Below are positions 37,017 to 46,200 of a stretch of 61,793 nucleotides of DNA, piece after piece; the first letter of the stretch is position 1, and the number at the start of each line of letters is the position of its first letter. The DNA comes from a virus (lineage: Duplodnaviria > Caudoviricetes): positions 1 through 61,793 of the IMG/VR virus record IMGVR_UViG_3300042914_004341; one strand, written 5' to 3'. A model generated the notes under the pieces. It had not been told where the DNA came from, ran no database searches, and saw only the letters and a list, made by a program, of their open reading frames with translations. Made by a program: the position numbers and the translations under genes.

Positions 37017-37027
37017 CTCCCACACCA

Positions 37028-37465
37028 TCATTCAGGTGCCCCGACGGATACGAGCCACTCAAACTTCCCGAAGTCCACTTCCTTCACCGCCGTCACAGCA
37101 ATCACCAAGTCGGCCGGCGGCTCCGGCGCACGTGCCGCGGAAATCCACCCTGGATGCGTCACCTGTGCGATGCCGGCCAGTGCCGGGTTGACCCCAATCA
37201 GCAGGTCACTCTGTGGACGCAGGCCCCTGTAGAACGTAATCACAGCAGTCTGCCCAGGCTTCAACTTCTGTCCTGCCCCCTCGGCTTCCTCGGCGCCCGG
37301 CGTCACAGTGTTCGCAGGCTTCCTGCTTTGCAACTCCACCTCGCCCCCGCCGATGAAGGCGAGTCTGGAGCCAAGCTTTGCCTGGTACGTGGTGCCCTCA
37401 ACGGCTGTACCTTGGGATGCGCCGATGTTGCGCAAGAACGTCATCTTGTTCGACAGTGTAATCAT
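37028..37465 (-). CDS. Hypothetical protein, possibly degenerate dUTPase/dCTP-deaminase fold
   Basis: RBS AAGGAG; LKPGQTAVI and HPGWI weakly recall the fold; catalytic motifs not recognisable. Confidence 0.35.
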   Translation of the reverse strand: MITLSNKMTFLRNIGASQGTAVEGTTYQAKLGSRLAFIGGGEVELQSRKPANTVTPGAEEAEGAGQKLKPGQTAVITFYRGLRPQSDLLIGVNPALAGIAQVTHPGWISAARAPEPPADLVIAVTAVKEVDFGKFEWLVSVGAPE

Positions 37466-37477
37466 ACTGCTTCTCCT

Positions 37478-37939
37478 TCAGTCGAGTTGCCGCCAACCGG
37501 CCAACTCAAAATGGACCAACTCCTTGAACTTGCCTTTCCAGTTCCCCGCCCAGGCAAGCCCAGCTGCATCGAGACCGGCAGCCTGCGCCGCCGCCCACAG
37601 CTTCTCGTACAATGACGGGCTCCAGTCTGCCTTGTAACCTCCGCGTGCATCCTTTACACGCACGAACACATCCACTGCAAGGCCAAAGTTGTGGGCCGAC
37701 TCCCCGAACCGCGCATTGGTCACAATCTTGCCGGGTTTGGTGCGGCCGATTGCGTACAGCGTCTCCTGCTCCACACGGCTGCGACGCCCTGACGACACCT
37801 GTACATCCAGTCCAACGGCCTGCCCGCATAGGCAGAGACCGTAGGCCAGCGTGCGGAAACGTTCATCAAGTCCCTTCAGTCGCTCCCTTGTTGTGGCTGT
37901 CAGTCTCGCCTCAAGCTCTTCCTGGTTCACACTTACCAT
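37478..37939 (-). CDS. Endolysin, M15 L-Ala-D-Glu peptidase
   Basis: RSRVEQETLYAIGRT.PG.IVTNA, SAHNFGLAVD, WAGNW...ELVHFE motifs. Confidence 0.92.
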   Translation of the reverse strand: MVSVNQEELEARLTATTRERLKGLDERFRTLAYGLCLCGQAVGLDVQVSSGRRSRVEQETLYAIGRTKPGKIVTNARFGESAHNFGLAVDVFVRVKDARGGYKADWSPSLYEKLWAAAQAAGLDAAGLAWAGNWKGKFKELVHFELAGWRQLD

Positions 37940-38487
37940 TCCAGCTGCCCTCCCAAGTACCCAGTGACCTTACCGCCGACTACCGAACCATGCGCGGTAA
38001 GCCAGAAAGGGGTTCGGCCAAGGCGGACTCCACCACCGACAAGAAATCCGGCATCCGCCGCGCCATCGAGGTCAAGACCCAGCCCACGAGCATAAGCGCC
38101 AGAAACGAAATAAGCAGGAAGCTGATGAGACTTATCCACTGAAACCGTCTGTTTCTTCTCTGTTCGTAGTCCCACCTCTGAAGACTGCTCGGCTGTAACT
38201 GTATCACTCCGTCCTCCCTCTTTTTCCACTGTTTCCACCTCTCGTGTCGTGCCATCAGGCTTGGTCTCCTTCTCTTTGCGGACCACCACGCGGTCACGCC
38301 ACTGTGTCTTCACGACTTCCCGGTCCCGCCACACAACCTTCTCCACTTCGACCTGGACCTGCTCCGTGCGCACTACCTCGCGCACCTCTGGCGCGGTGGG
38401 GCCGCGCACGAGCCAGCCGGCAAAGCCGCAGGACAGTCCAAAAACCAAAAGCCTAATCCAAATCTGGGGGTCGCTTGTCCCTATCAT
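37933..38487 (-). CDS. Membrane-anchored protein, candidate spanin
   Basis: N-terminal TM helix, E/V/K/T-rich extended linker, C-terminal amphipathic beta strands ending in Trp; adjacent to endolysin. Confidence 0.5.
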   Translation of the reverse strand: MIGTSDPQIWIRLLVFGLSCGFAGWLVRGPTAPEVREVVRTEQVQVEVEKVVWRDREVVKTQWRDRVVVRKEKETKPDGTTREVETVEKEGGRSDTVTAEQSSEVGLRTEKKQTVSVDKSHQLPAYFVSGAYARGLGLDLDGAADAGFLVGGGVRLGRTPFWLTAHGSVVGGKVTGYLGGQLEW

Positions 38488-38833
38488 AGTATTCTCCGTA
38501 GGCATAGACTCCGCCTTCAAAGTTCCTGGAGTCGAAAAGGGTCAGGGTGCGCGTGATACTGCACCAGAGGAAGCACAGGTACTTCACATTGGGCCCATCT
38601 AGCACAGAAAAGTGCTTCTGGAAGTCCAGGAACTCCTTCTTCCACCTCTGCCCTTTTGCCAGGACCAGACTTAGGCCCCAGGGTGGCAGTTCCTCCACGG
38701 AACTGGGCAGCCAGGAAATACCCGCACACCTTTCTTCTTCCAAATCTTCCATGGTTTTGTGCCCTCTGGCCCGGATTCCTGCCTCCACGTGCAGCCGGGC
38801 GCGTTCCTGCAAAGTTTCCTGGCTGAATCCCAT
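38453..38833 (-). CDS. Hypothetical protein
   Basis: RBS GGAG; operon context. Confidence 0.6.
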   Translation of the reverse strand: MGFSQETLQERARLHVEAGIRARGHKTMEDLEEERCAGISWLPSSVEELPPWGLSLVLAKGQRWKKEFLDFQKHFSVLDGPNVKYLCFLWCSITRTLTLFDSRNFEGGVYAYGEYYDRDKRPPDLD

Positions 38834-38851
38834 GGCTATTTCTCCGGTGTG

Positions 38852-39172
38852 TTAGTCGGCGACGGTGCCGCCCTGTTTTTTTACAGCAGCCTTGGTGAGG
38901 GAGTCTATCTCTTTCTGGATGACCGGCCGTTCGGATGGCTTTGTGGACCACAACTTGGACTGCAGGGCCATGCTTCTGCGGAGCAGCATCTGGTCCTCCG
39001 GCGACTTGGCCGCATCCGCCATGGCCACACCCATAATCTTGGGTGCGGACAACAGGCGCGTGGTCTCGGTAGCGCCACACTCCTGGCAGGCCGGGTTCGC
39101 CTCCTCCGGACGCACAAGGTCCTCGAAAATGTGCTCACATGACTTGCACTGGAAGTCATACATCTTAAACAT
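38852..39172 (-). CDS. FmdB-family zinc-ribbon protein
   Basis: MYDFQCKSCEHIFE...CQECG...RLLSAP. Confidence 0.8.
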   Translation of the reverse strand: MFKMYDFQCKSCEHIFEDLVRPEEANPACQECGATETTRLLSAPKIMGVAMADAAKSPEDQMLLRRSMALQSKLWSTKPSERPVIQKEIDSLTKAAVKKQGGTVAD

Positions 39173-39668
39173 TCTTGCGTACTCCTATGCCATTTTCCAC
39201 CTGGTAGACTTCGGCAATACCCTCACAGGCATCCAGGAGGTCCGCCCTTGGGATAATCCAGCCCGCGCCTTCCCAGCCTCTGTTCCTAATCACTTTCAAC
39301 TCGGTGCCCGTGCGTGTCGCCCACTCCTGCACAAGCCGGCACAAGTGAAGCACGTTCGTGAACACGAAATAGACCCCATCCTTAGGGAACCAAATCACAA
39401 AGTGGTGTACCCCATGCTGTGCCGCCTGCCAGGGTCCACCCGGTTTCTTCGGTGGTCCCATGGAAGACCAGCGTTCGATGAACACATTGGGCGTGTCCGA
39501 AAGGCTTCGACTATCGGTCTTGACTTCGATGCGCATCCCATGGTTGTCGATGAAATCCCACTCACGTCCCACGTAAGTGACCACTTCCCTGTGGTATATC
39601 TTCTTCAAGCTGGCCTCGCCGGCCTCGCCTATGCGCAGCTGCTTCTGGAATCCAAACACCTGTGTCAC
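39165..39668 (-). CDS. PD-(D/E)xK-family nuclease-like protein
   Basis: GEAGE helix, WDFID...IEVKTD motif. Confidence 0.65.
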   Translation of the reverse strand: MTQVFGFQKQLRIGEAGEASLKKIYHREVVTYVGREWDFIDNHGMRIEVKTDSRSLSDTPNVFIERWSSMGPPKKPGGPWQAAQHGVHHFVIWFPKDGVYFVFTNVLHLCRLVQEWATRTGTELKVIRNRGWEGAGWIIPRADLLDACEGIAEVYQVENGIGVRKNV

Positions 39669-41191
39669 ACAACCCCCGCCTGCGCTTCACGGAACCACTG
39701 CGGAAACAACTCTGTATGTGTAGCATAAAACTTCTTGAAGGCTCCATCCAAAATGTAAGTTTCGCCGTAGTCCTCTGGCCCTCTGCAGATGCGCCCGTAT
39801 GCCTGGAGCAGCTTCTGCGCGGTGAGCCACGCGTACCGCTCCGGTTCCTGCTCGGCTAGCCACTGCATCGCAGGCTCCTCCAGGCTCGGGAACTGCACCT
39901 TGGCAATCGCCTGCCATTGGTACTGCAGCCCAAGCAGGTTGAGACCCTCCTCCATGCCGGAGCCAACCAGAACTGCATCGCCCTCATAGGCCATCCAGGC
40001 ATCGAGCTGGGCCTGCTTGTCCCCAGCGTCGTGCATGAACACCCTGGCCTTGCCTAGCAGTCCCGCCCGCAGGAGGGGGCCAATCTGTGTGGCCAGATTG
40101 TAGGGGGCATGGACCAGTCCCTTGCGCCACGGTGCCCCCGCCGCGGCCCCTGGCCTGGTGGCAAGGGCAATTTCCGTCAGGGCCTGTACACACCGGGCCA
40201 GATTCTGCTTCTGCATGGCGGCAGACATACTGCCCACCCGGGCCCCCAGGTAGTGCCACGGACGTCTGTCTGCCGGGATGGCAGAAGGGGCCTCGTAGAA
40301 CTTCACACGCCTGCGCCCGAGGCCCAGCTGCTCCACGTCCTGCCGGTGTACGGTGGCCGACATCAGCACAATCTTCTGCGTCTTCTTCGCAGGCCAGAGG
40401 TGCTGGGCTTTCTGTGAGTGGCTCGTGTCCAGGGGCAACAGGGACAGGCACTCCTTGTGCTGCCCTCTGTAGAGCCTGTCGTCGCGGGAGACCAGCCATT
40501 TGACCCCGCCCAGGGAAAGCTGCTCTCGAAGGTCCTGCAGGGGCTTGGAGCGGGCAATGGCAGCCTGGCTGTCTGGGGCCTCAAGCCACTCCGCGAGGTC
40601 CTTGTAGGTTTGCACCCTGCGGAGTGCCGATGCCGCGCGGGCCTCCAGGGATGTAAGCCAGATGTGGCTGGCCTCCATTTCCCGGACCATGGGGACAAGC
40701 AGCTGGGCCTCGTCCGCAATGAGTACGCCCTTGTTGAGTTTGTGGGCCAGCATGGTGTGGAAGTTGGAGGCAGAGGAAGGCATACCATGGGCAGCCCGCA
40801 CCGTACGCGTGTACGGGCAGTCCGCGCAGTGCCGTCCCTCGGCGTTGTAATGGGAGGCGCACGAGGCATCCGGCATCACGGCCTCCTCCCGGTAGGACTT
40901 GCAGCGGTATGCCTCCTTTTTGAAAAGAACGCAGGCGCGGGGATTCTCCGCACGCAACTGCTCAAGCAGCACATTGTTGGGCACCGCGTAGTGGGCCTTC
41001 CCTCTGCCCGTCCCCGCGGCCCACGCCTGTATCGTGCGGGCTATTTTGGTCTTCCCTGCCGCCACAGGGAGCCCTAGCACATGGACATCCGCCTCATCCC
41101 AGGCGGCCTCCAGGGCCAGGAGGACATCCCGCTGCCCGGGACGCGGCGTGCCTGGGAAGTAGGACAGGATGCTCCTGGCCTTTGTGTTCAT
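39665..41191 (-). CDS. DinG/XPD-like SF2 helicase
   Basis: Q motif PRPGQ, LPVAAGKT, IADEAQ, MSAT, EEGLNL, QAYGRICR..EDYG.TYILD; four Cys at the Fe-S position. Confidence 0.9.
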   Translation of the reverse strand: MNTKARSILSYFPGTPRPGQRDVLLALEAAWDEADVHVLGLPVAAGKTKIARTIQAWAAGTGRGKAHYAVPNNVLLEQLRAENPRACVLFKKEAYRCKSYREEAVMPDASCASHYNAEGRHCADCPYTRTVRAAHGMPSSASNFHTMLAHKLNKGVLIADEAQLLVPMVREMEASHIWLTSLEARAASALRRVQTYKDLAEWLEAPDSQAAIARSKPLQDLREQLSLGGVKWLVSRDDRLYRGQHKECLSLLPLDTSHSQKAQHLWPAKKTQKIVLMSATVHRQDVEQLGLGRRRVKFYEAPSAIPADRRPWHYLGARVGSMSAAMQKQNLARCVQALTEIALATRPGAAAGAPWRKGLVHAPYNLATQIGPLLRAGLLGKARVFMHDAGDKQAQLDAWMAYEGDAVLVGSGMEEGLNLLGLQYQWQAIAKVQFPSLEEPAMQWLAEQEPERYAWLTAQKLLQAYGRICRGPEDYGETYILDGAFKKFYATHTELFPQWFREAQAGVV

Positions 41192-41195
41192 GTGG

Positions 41196-41732
41196 TCAGT
41201 CTCCCTTCAGCTTCAGCATCTCAAGGTCAAACCCTGATGGTAGGCCCCCCGTAAGAACCTCGAACGGGCACATCAGAATACTGGTGGCGTCATTGGCATC
41301 GGACTTGGCATAGGTCTCATCCGTGAGTCCATGCCGGCGATGCCAGCTGTGCCAGCTCTGGGGCATCACCTTCAGTACGTGCGGCCAGGGATTGGCTGCA
41401 ATCACCGTCCCACAGGCCCAGTGTAGCATGACCACGCCACGTGTAATCATGCCCCTGCCGCCGGCCTTCTGTTTACCCTTGTGCCCGCCACCGAACGCAG
41501 GGGCGATGTCCTCAAGCACTAGGAGGTCAAAGCCGCCATGGTGCTCCCACAAGTTTTGCAGGGCGCAGAGGAGCGTGTGCAGCCGGTGCGTGATGAGCCC
41601 GCCCTTGGAGAGCTTGATGACGCCGGACTGCACAAATCGTCCCTCGATGGAGATGGCAAAGCCCGGCTGGGAGGAACCCCCCGAGGCCGGGTCGATGGCC
41701 AGCACCTTACCGCTTCGGAGAAGACGGTCCAT
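41196..41732 (-). CDS. RuvC-like Holliday junction resolvase
   Basis: VLAIDP, LVLED and DANDA acidic motifs; start placed at ATG 41732 (ORF is open to 41843). Confidence 0.75.
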   Translation of the reverse strand: MDRLLRSGKVLAIDPASGGSSQPGFAISIEGRFVQSGVIKLSKGGLITHRLHTLLCALQNLWEHHGGFDLLVLEDIAPAFGGGHKGKQKAGGRGMITRGVVMLHWACGTVIAANPWPHVLKVMPQSWHSWHRRHGLTDETYAKSDANDATSILMCPFEVLTGGLPSGFDLEMLKLKGD

Positions 41733-42015
41733 CAGTTGTTTTTCCCCGGCCCCATCCCTGGCTTCTGTTAAGGTTAGAACTGACACGGCGCGCGTCCTCG
41801 ATTTTTTGCTGGGCCACGCGGAGGGCCGCGGCACTCTGTTCAAAGGCAGCCTTGCGCTGGTTTACTACAGCGAGGCCGAGGAATCCAATAATCACCTGCC
41901 AGCCGCCGGGTACGGCCTTGGCGTGGAGCTTCCAGTCAAAAGTCTGTACCTGCAGGACAATCACTATAGTCCACATCGTCAGCGTCAATTTCAAACTGAT
42001 ACCCTGCTTGCCCAT
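41707..42015 (-). CDS. Hypothetical protein
   Basis: Fills the gap upstream of the RuvC-like gene; purine-rich RBS region. Confidence 0.45.
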   Translation of the reverse strand: MGKQGISLKLTLTMWTIVIVLQVQTFDWKLHAKAVPGGWQVIIGFLGLAVVNQRKAAFEQSAAALRVAQQKIEDARRVSSNLNRSQGWGRGKTTDGPSSPKR

Positions 42016-42250
42016 CTTCTTCCTCGGCCTCCTCTGAATCCCACCCTGGCACAGGTGGTGGGTCGTCTTGTCCTACAAAAAGTTCGTGGTGCGGGCCAGG
42101 TCGAAACTGGCACCCCTCCGCGTGCACCGACATCCCATTCATCCCTGGCACCGTGCCCGGGGTAAACAGGAGGCTTGTCTGCCCGCATCCGGGGCAGTCT
42201 ACCCATTCCAGTTTTCCGACTCCGATGAGGTATCCGATGTACATTCCCAC
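41936..42250 (-). CDS. Hypothetical CxxC protein with acidic tail
   Basis: CPGC...H...C; AAGGAG upstream. Confidence 0.5.
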   Translation of the reverse strand: MGMYIGYLIGVGKLEWVDCPGCGQTSLLFTPGTVPGMNGMSVHAEGCQFRPGPHHELFVGQDDPPPVPGWDSEEAEEEDGQAGYQFEIDADDVDYSDCPAGTDF

Positions 42251-42407
42251 TCCTTTGCAAAAATAGCCAGGCTGTCGTAGCTAAACTGGTACAGCCGAAT
42301 TCTCCACAAACTTTTACGGCCACCCTTAGAGATTCTCGGCAGGCTGCTAAGGTGGAAGAATGTGTCCAGTACACGCCTGTTTTGTTTGCGCCGTCTGGTA
42401 AGTGCCT

Positions 42408-43022
42408 TCATACCTTCCAGCCCTCCTTCTTCATGCTCTGCACCAGAATCAGTGCCGACGTCACAACGTGGTGGATGTGGGCCTGCCCGCTTTCAGCGTC
42501 AAGCAAGAGTCCCGCAGAGCCATCCTTGTCATCCGCTTCCACGGCGGCCTGTACTGCGGCCACATGGCGCATCAGGGAGTGCAGTGCCTCGACCGGCGGA
42601 AATCCCTTCCGGTAGTTCCCGGGGCTGTACTTACCTGCGCCGTACTCCATCACAGCGGCGGCGCCCTCTACGAGGTCCAGCGGAAAGTAGCCAAGCGGTG
42701 CTTTGCCTACGGAGTTACGCTTGGCTCCCGTGGGGCTAACGTACTCGGCTGGGGTCTGAGCAGCGCGGGTTACAGTGGGTGCTTCTGCTGGTTTTTTTAG
42801 TATTTGTACGATATCATCCGCATACTCCCCGTGAACGATGAAATTCCCATCGTTGGTAAACCACTTGCCGAAAGGGCTCCTGGTCGGGTCCCATAAAGCT
42901 ATTACTCTGTAAGGGTATGTGCTTGGTGATGGGGCGAGTTCAACTCCAAGAACCTCAACAATTCGCCCGTTCCGCAAAACGACACTATCACCGGCTTCCA
43001 GCGTGCTCAAATCAACTGTCAT
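42408..43022 (-). CDS. dATP/dGTP diphosphohydrolase-like (DUF5664-type) domain with an N-terminal SH3-like module
   Basis: K.PLGYFP...VMEYGAGKY..GNYRKG...SLMRH...DAESG..HIHH. Confidence 0.8.
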   Translation of the reverse strand: MTVDLSTLEAGDSVVLRNGRIVEVLGVELAPSPSTYPYRVIALWDPTRSPFGKWFTNDGNFIVHGEYADDIVQILKKPAEAPTVTRAAQTPAEYVSPTGAKRNSVGKAPLGYFPLDLVEGAAAVMEYGAGKYSPGNYRKGFPPVEALHSLMRHVAAVQAAVEADDKDGSAGLLLDAESGQAHIHHVVTSALILVQSMKKEGWKV

Positions 43023-43276
43023 CTTACAGCTCCTTCACCTTTGGCGTATACAATATCTATGACATCTACATCGTTTTCCGCGCCCGCGAAAAACAATCCA
43101 TCTTTCGTGTACTCGTAGCCGCGGCCAGTTTCGACAAACACCAGTTTGATGGCCTGGCTTTTTTCTCGCACTACCTTTGCGAGTTTTGCAGGCTTGACGT
43201 GCTTTACTGTATTCACAGACAAGTCCCTAAGAATCACTATGTCCCCAGGTTGTACCGAAAGAAGGTTGACCGTCAC
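43019..43276 (-). CDS. Small SH3/KOW-like paralog-family protein
   Basis: MTVNLLSVQPGDIVILRD...YTKDG...DVIDI, similar to the N-terminus of 42408-43022. Confidence 0.6.
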   Translation of the reverse strand: MTVNLLSVQPGDIVILRDLSVNTVKHVKPAKLAKVVREKSQAIKLVFVETGRGYEYTKDGLFFAGAENDVDVIDIVYAKGEGAVR

Positions 43277-46200
43277 AGCTTTACTCCTAGTTCATCAATG
43301 GACGGGGATTCGGTCTTGTCCTCCGCCCAGCATTTCACAAAGTTTGCTTCCCATTTCAGGCGTACGACTCCGCCCAGCAGTGCGTTTACCTTGTCCGGGA
43401 CCACCTTGTCCACAACTTCCCGCACCTCGTCCACGTCCCGCTCGTCAATCTCCAGGGCGGTACAGTCATGGATGTCATAGTTCCAGGGCTGGTACACTAT
43501 CCCGCGCTTGCTCAACTCCTCGGCAAGCACCTTGGTAAACAGTAGGAAGATGTCGTGCCCACCACTCTGGCAATCTACGTTGCACAGGTCCTTGAGCTTG
43601 CGCTCATCTGCGCACACCGGCCGCCCGATGGGGTTCAGCCACCAGCCCCCGTTGCGTTCCCACTGCGCCTTAAGCCACTTCTCATACTTCTTGACCTGCG
43701 CGAATAAGCCCCAGTACGCGGAGTGCAGCCGCTTTGCCTCTCCAAGACTGACCTCGATGCCCTGCCCTGAGAGTCCCATACGAATCTTGCCGGGCCCCGC
43801 TGAGTACCCGGCACTCAGGTGCAACAGCTTAGCAATATTACGTTCTTTCTTTGCCTCCTTCTTGGCCTTGGCAACGGCTTCGGCTGTGGGGTTTCTGGGG
43901 TCAAAGCCTGTTGCCCGAATCTTCGCCCCCAGTTCCCCGCCCAGGTTCGCTGCCACGGCCAGATAGATGCAGTTGGGTTTAGCATCCGGTCCATAAATTG
44001 ACATGTAAGTAGGGTCCTGGCTGCGTTGGGCCAATGTAGTAGGCTCAAGGGCACAATTACCGGAGACAAATGTTTGCCCTTTGCTACGTACCAGCACAAA
44101 CCCAGTCGAGACTGTCACACATCCTACCTTCCCCTGGAAATGCTCCCTTTTGTAATCATAAGTTGGACGAAGCCTTATACTAGATTTTCTGGTAATACGT
44201 ACACGGTAGAATAACTTCCCAGAACCAAGCAAACTAGGCTCTTCCCATTTTAAAGAAATGCCACACCTTGCCAAATACACAGACACTTCATCCGCGGATT
44301 TCTTATCAGTGGTACCCCAGACAATTGCATTTTTATCTGTTGACCCATCCCAAAAATGCAATGCTGCTAGAAATTCATCGCACTGATTAGAGCCTAATGT
44401 ACTTAAATCCAAAGACTTACCGTCTAATAGAGCACTCCTAAATTGAGAGATATACCAAGATTGGGTATCAAAATTCTGACCAGGACGAGCTTTTGTACTT
44501 CTGGAGCTGTCCCCGAATAACTCTTTGAGTCTTGTTATTTTACGAGGCTTACCAACTTCTATTCGATAGCAGGCTTTAGTGCCTTGGTACAGACTGCCAT
44601 CCGCCTGCAATGCACAAACTTTCCATATTTCCTCTGCAGTGTAATGGGAGTAACTTTCTTCGTGTGCTACACATAGCATATCTTGCGTACCCTTGGGTAC
44701 GCCGTCTTCTGCTCTTGTGACTTTTCTTAATCCCATTTTGCGTGGCACTGTTTGCTGCCCTGCCCACAGCATTCTATGCCCATCCGTTACAGAAAGAGTA
44801 CCCCTTCTATTTCCGAAAGTATGTAAAGTGCCATCGTAATCTTTCCATATTACACGCTGTGGGTGTTCCCATTGTAGCTTCTTGGAAATGGGATTTACAG
44901 CCGCCACTAAATCATCCTGTGTCACATGCTCAAATGTTTTCCATCCGGCTTTTGTCAAAATCTCTGTCCAAGGCGCAAAGCACACATCTGCAAACATCAG
45001 CACCTTTCCCTCCGGCGCCCTGAATATTTCCAGGTACTCCTTGCGCTTTGCCACGTTCTGCCAGTTGAATCCCCCGCTCCCCGACAACCGTCCTGTCTGC
45101 GTCCCGGGGACACGCAGTTCAGGGTGGTAACGACCCTCGCTGTCCAGCTTTTCCTGGAGGCTCTCGATTGTGGAGCGCAACTTCTCCACCGTGGCGTAGG
45201 TCATGAGCACCTTGCCTGCTTCGCCCCAGCCCTTCATGGCCTCCTCGTCTGTGCCCGGTTGAGGCTCCGAGTTTGGGTTGTCCGGTTCCGTCCAGACAAG
45301 GACCTCAAGGCCCATGCGGTCATAAAACAGCTGCCGTTTCTGCTCCGAGGAACGCAGGTTGAAATGACGCGCGGCCTTCGCCCGCTGGAGCTTCTCATGC
45401 CAGCCCGTCCAGTGGCTGGACTGGAACTCGACCGCGGTCCCTACGGCCTGCCCATCGTCCCGGGCCTCGGATGCCTGGATGTCCGCCAAGAGCTGCCGCG
45501 CCCTGGCCTGCTTCTCGTGCCAGGCCAGCCAGGACTTTGACACAGCCCCCGACTTGGTATACTGTGGAGGCACCCCCCCACCATCACCTGGCAGTTTCTT
45601 CCAGCGCGATGGTTCCCTATTGGCAATTTCCTGCACAACCTCGGCCTCCATGGCCTGGACGTGCGCGGCCACGTCCAGGTGCGCACGGAACTCGTCCTCA
45701 AGCTCCGCCAGCCGGGCCTCCAGGGCCGCCCGCAGGGTCTCCGCCCGGCCCGTGTCGATTGCCACGCCGCGCAGTTTCTGCCACACAAGATGGCGCTGAT
45801 TCCCATGCTCGCCGTGCATCCAATCCTGATGCATCTCGCGGTAAGCCCCGAAGGTATCCCACACCGGACGCAGGACCTTGTCCCACAGCAGCCAAGTTGA
45901 CTCGGCGTCAAGGGCAGCGTAGCGGCCAAGGATGGCTGCCGGTGCCCGCCACATCTCTGCCTTGTTGGGCTTGGGCACCAGGGCCTTGCTGCCGTCTGGC
46001 TGCTTCTTATTCGCCCACTCGCCCCAGCCGTTGTTGCAGAGCCACTCGTCAAGCTCCTTCTCATTGGACTCAGGCCATCCAAGCAGGTCCTTCTGTAAGA
46101 ACTTAAGACCATGCTGCTGCCCGATGAAGCTCTCCGAGGCAAAGTGTTTTGCCATGGCCAGCGTGCAGCCAAACCAGTTGTGCCACACCACGCCCGTATC

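Noticed and set aside
36756-37031. Track ORF of 91 aa on the minus strand
   Set aside because: Reads through both hairpin modules with low-complexity sequence; the 58-aa ORF 36800-36976 has an RBS and a coherent Cys motif
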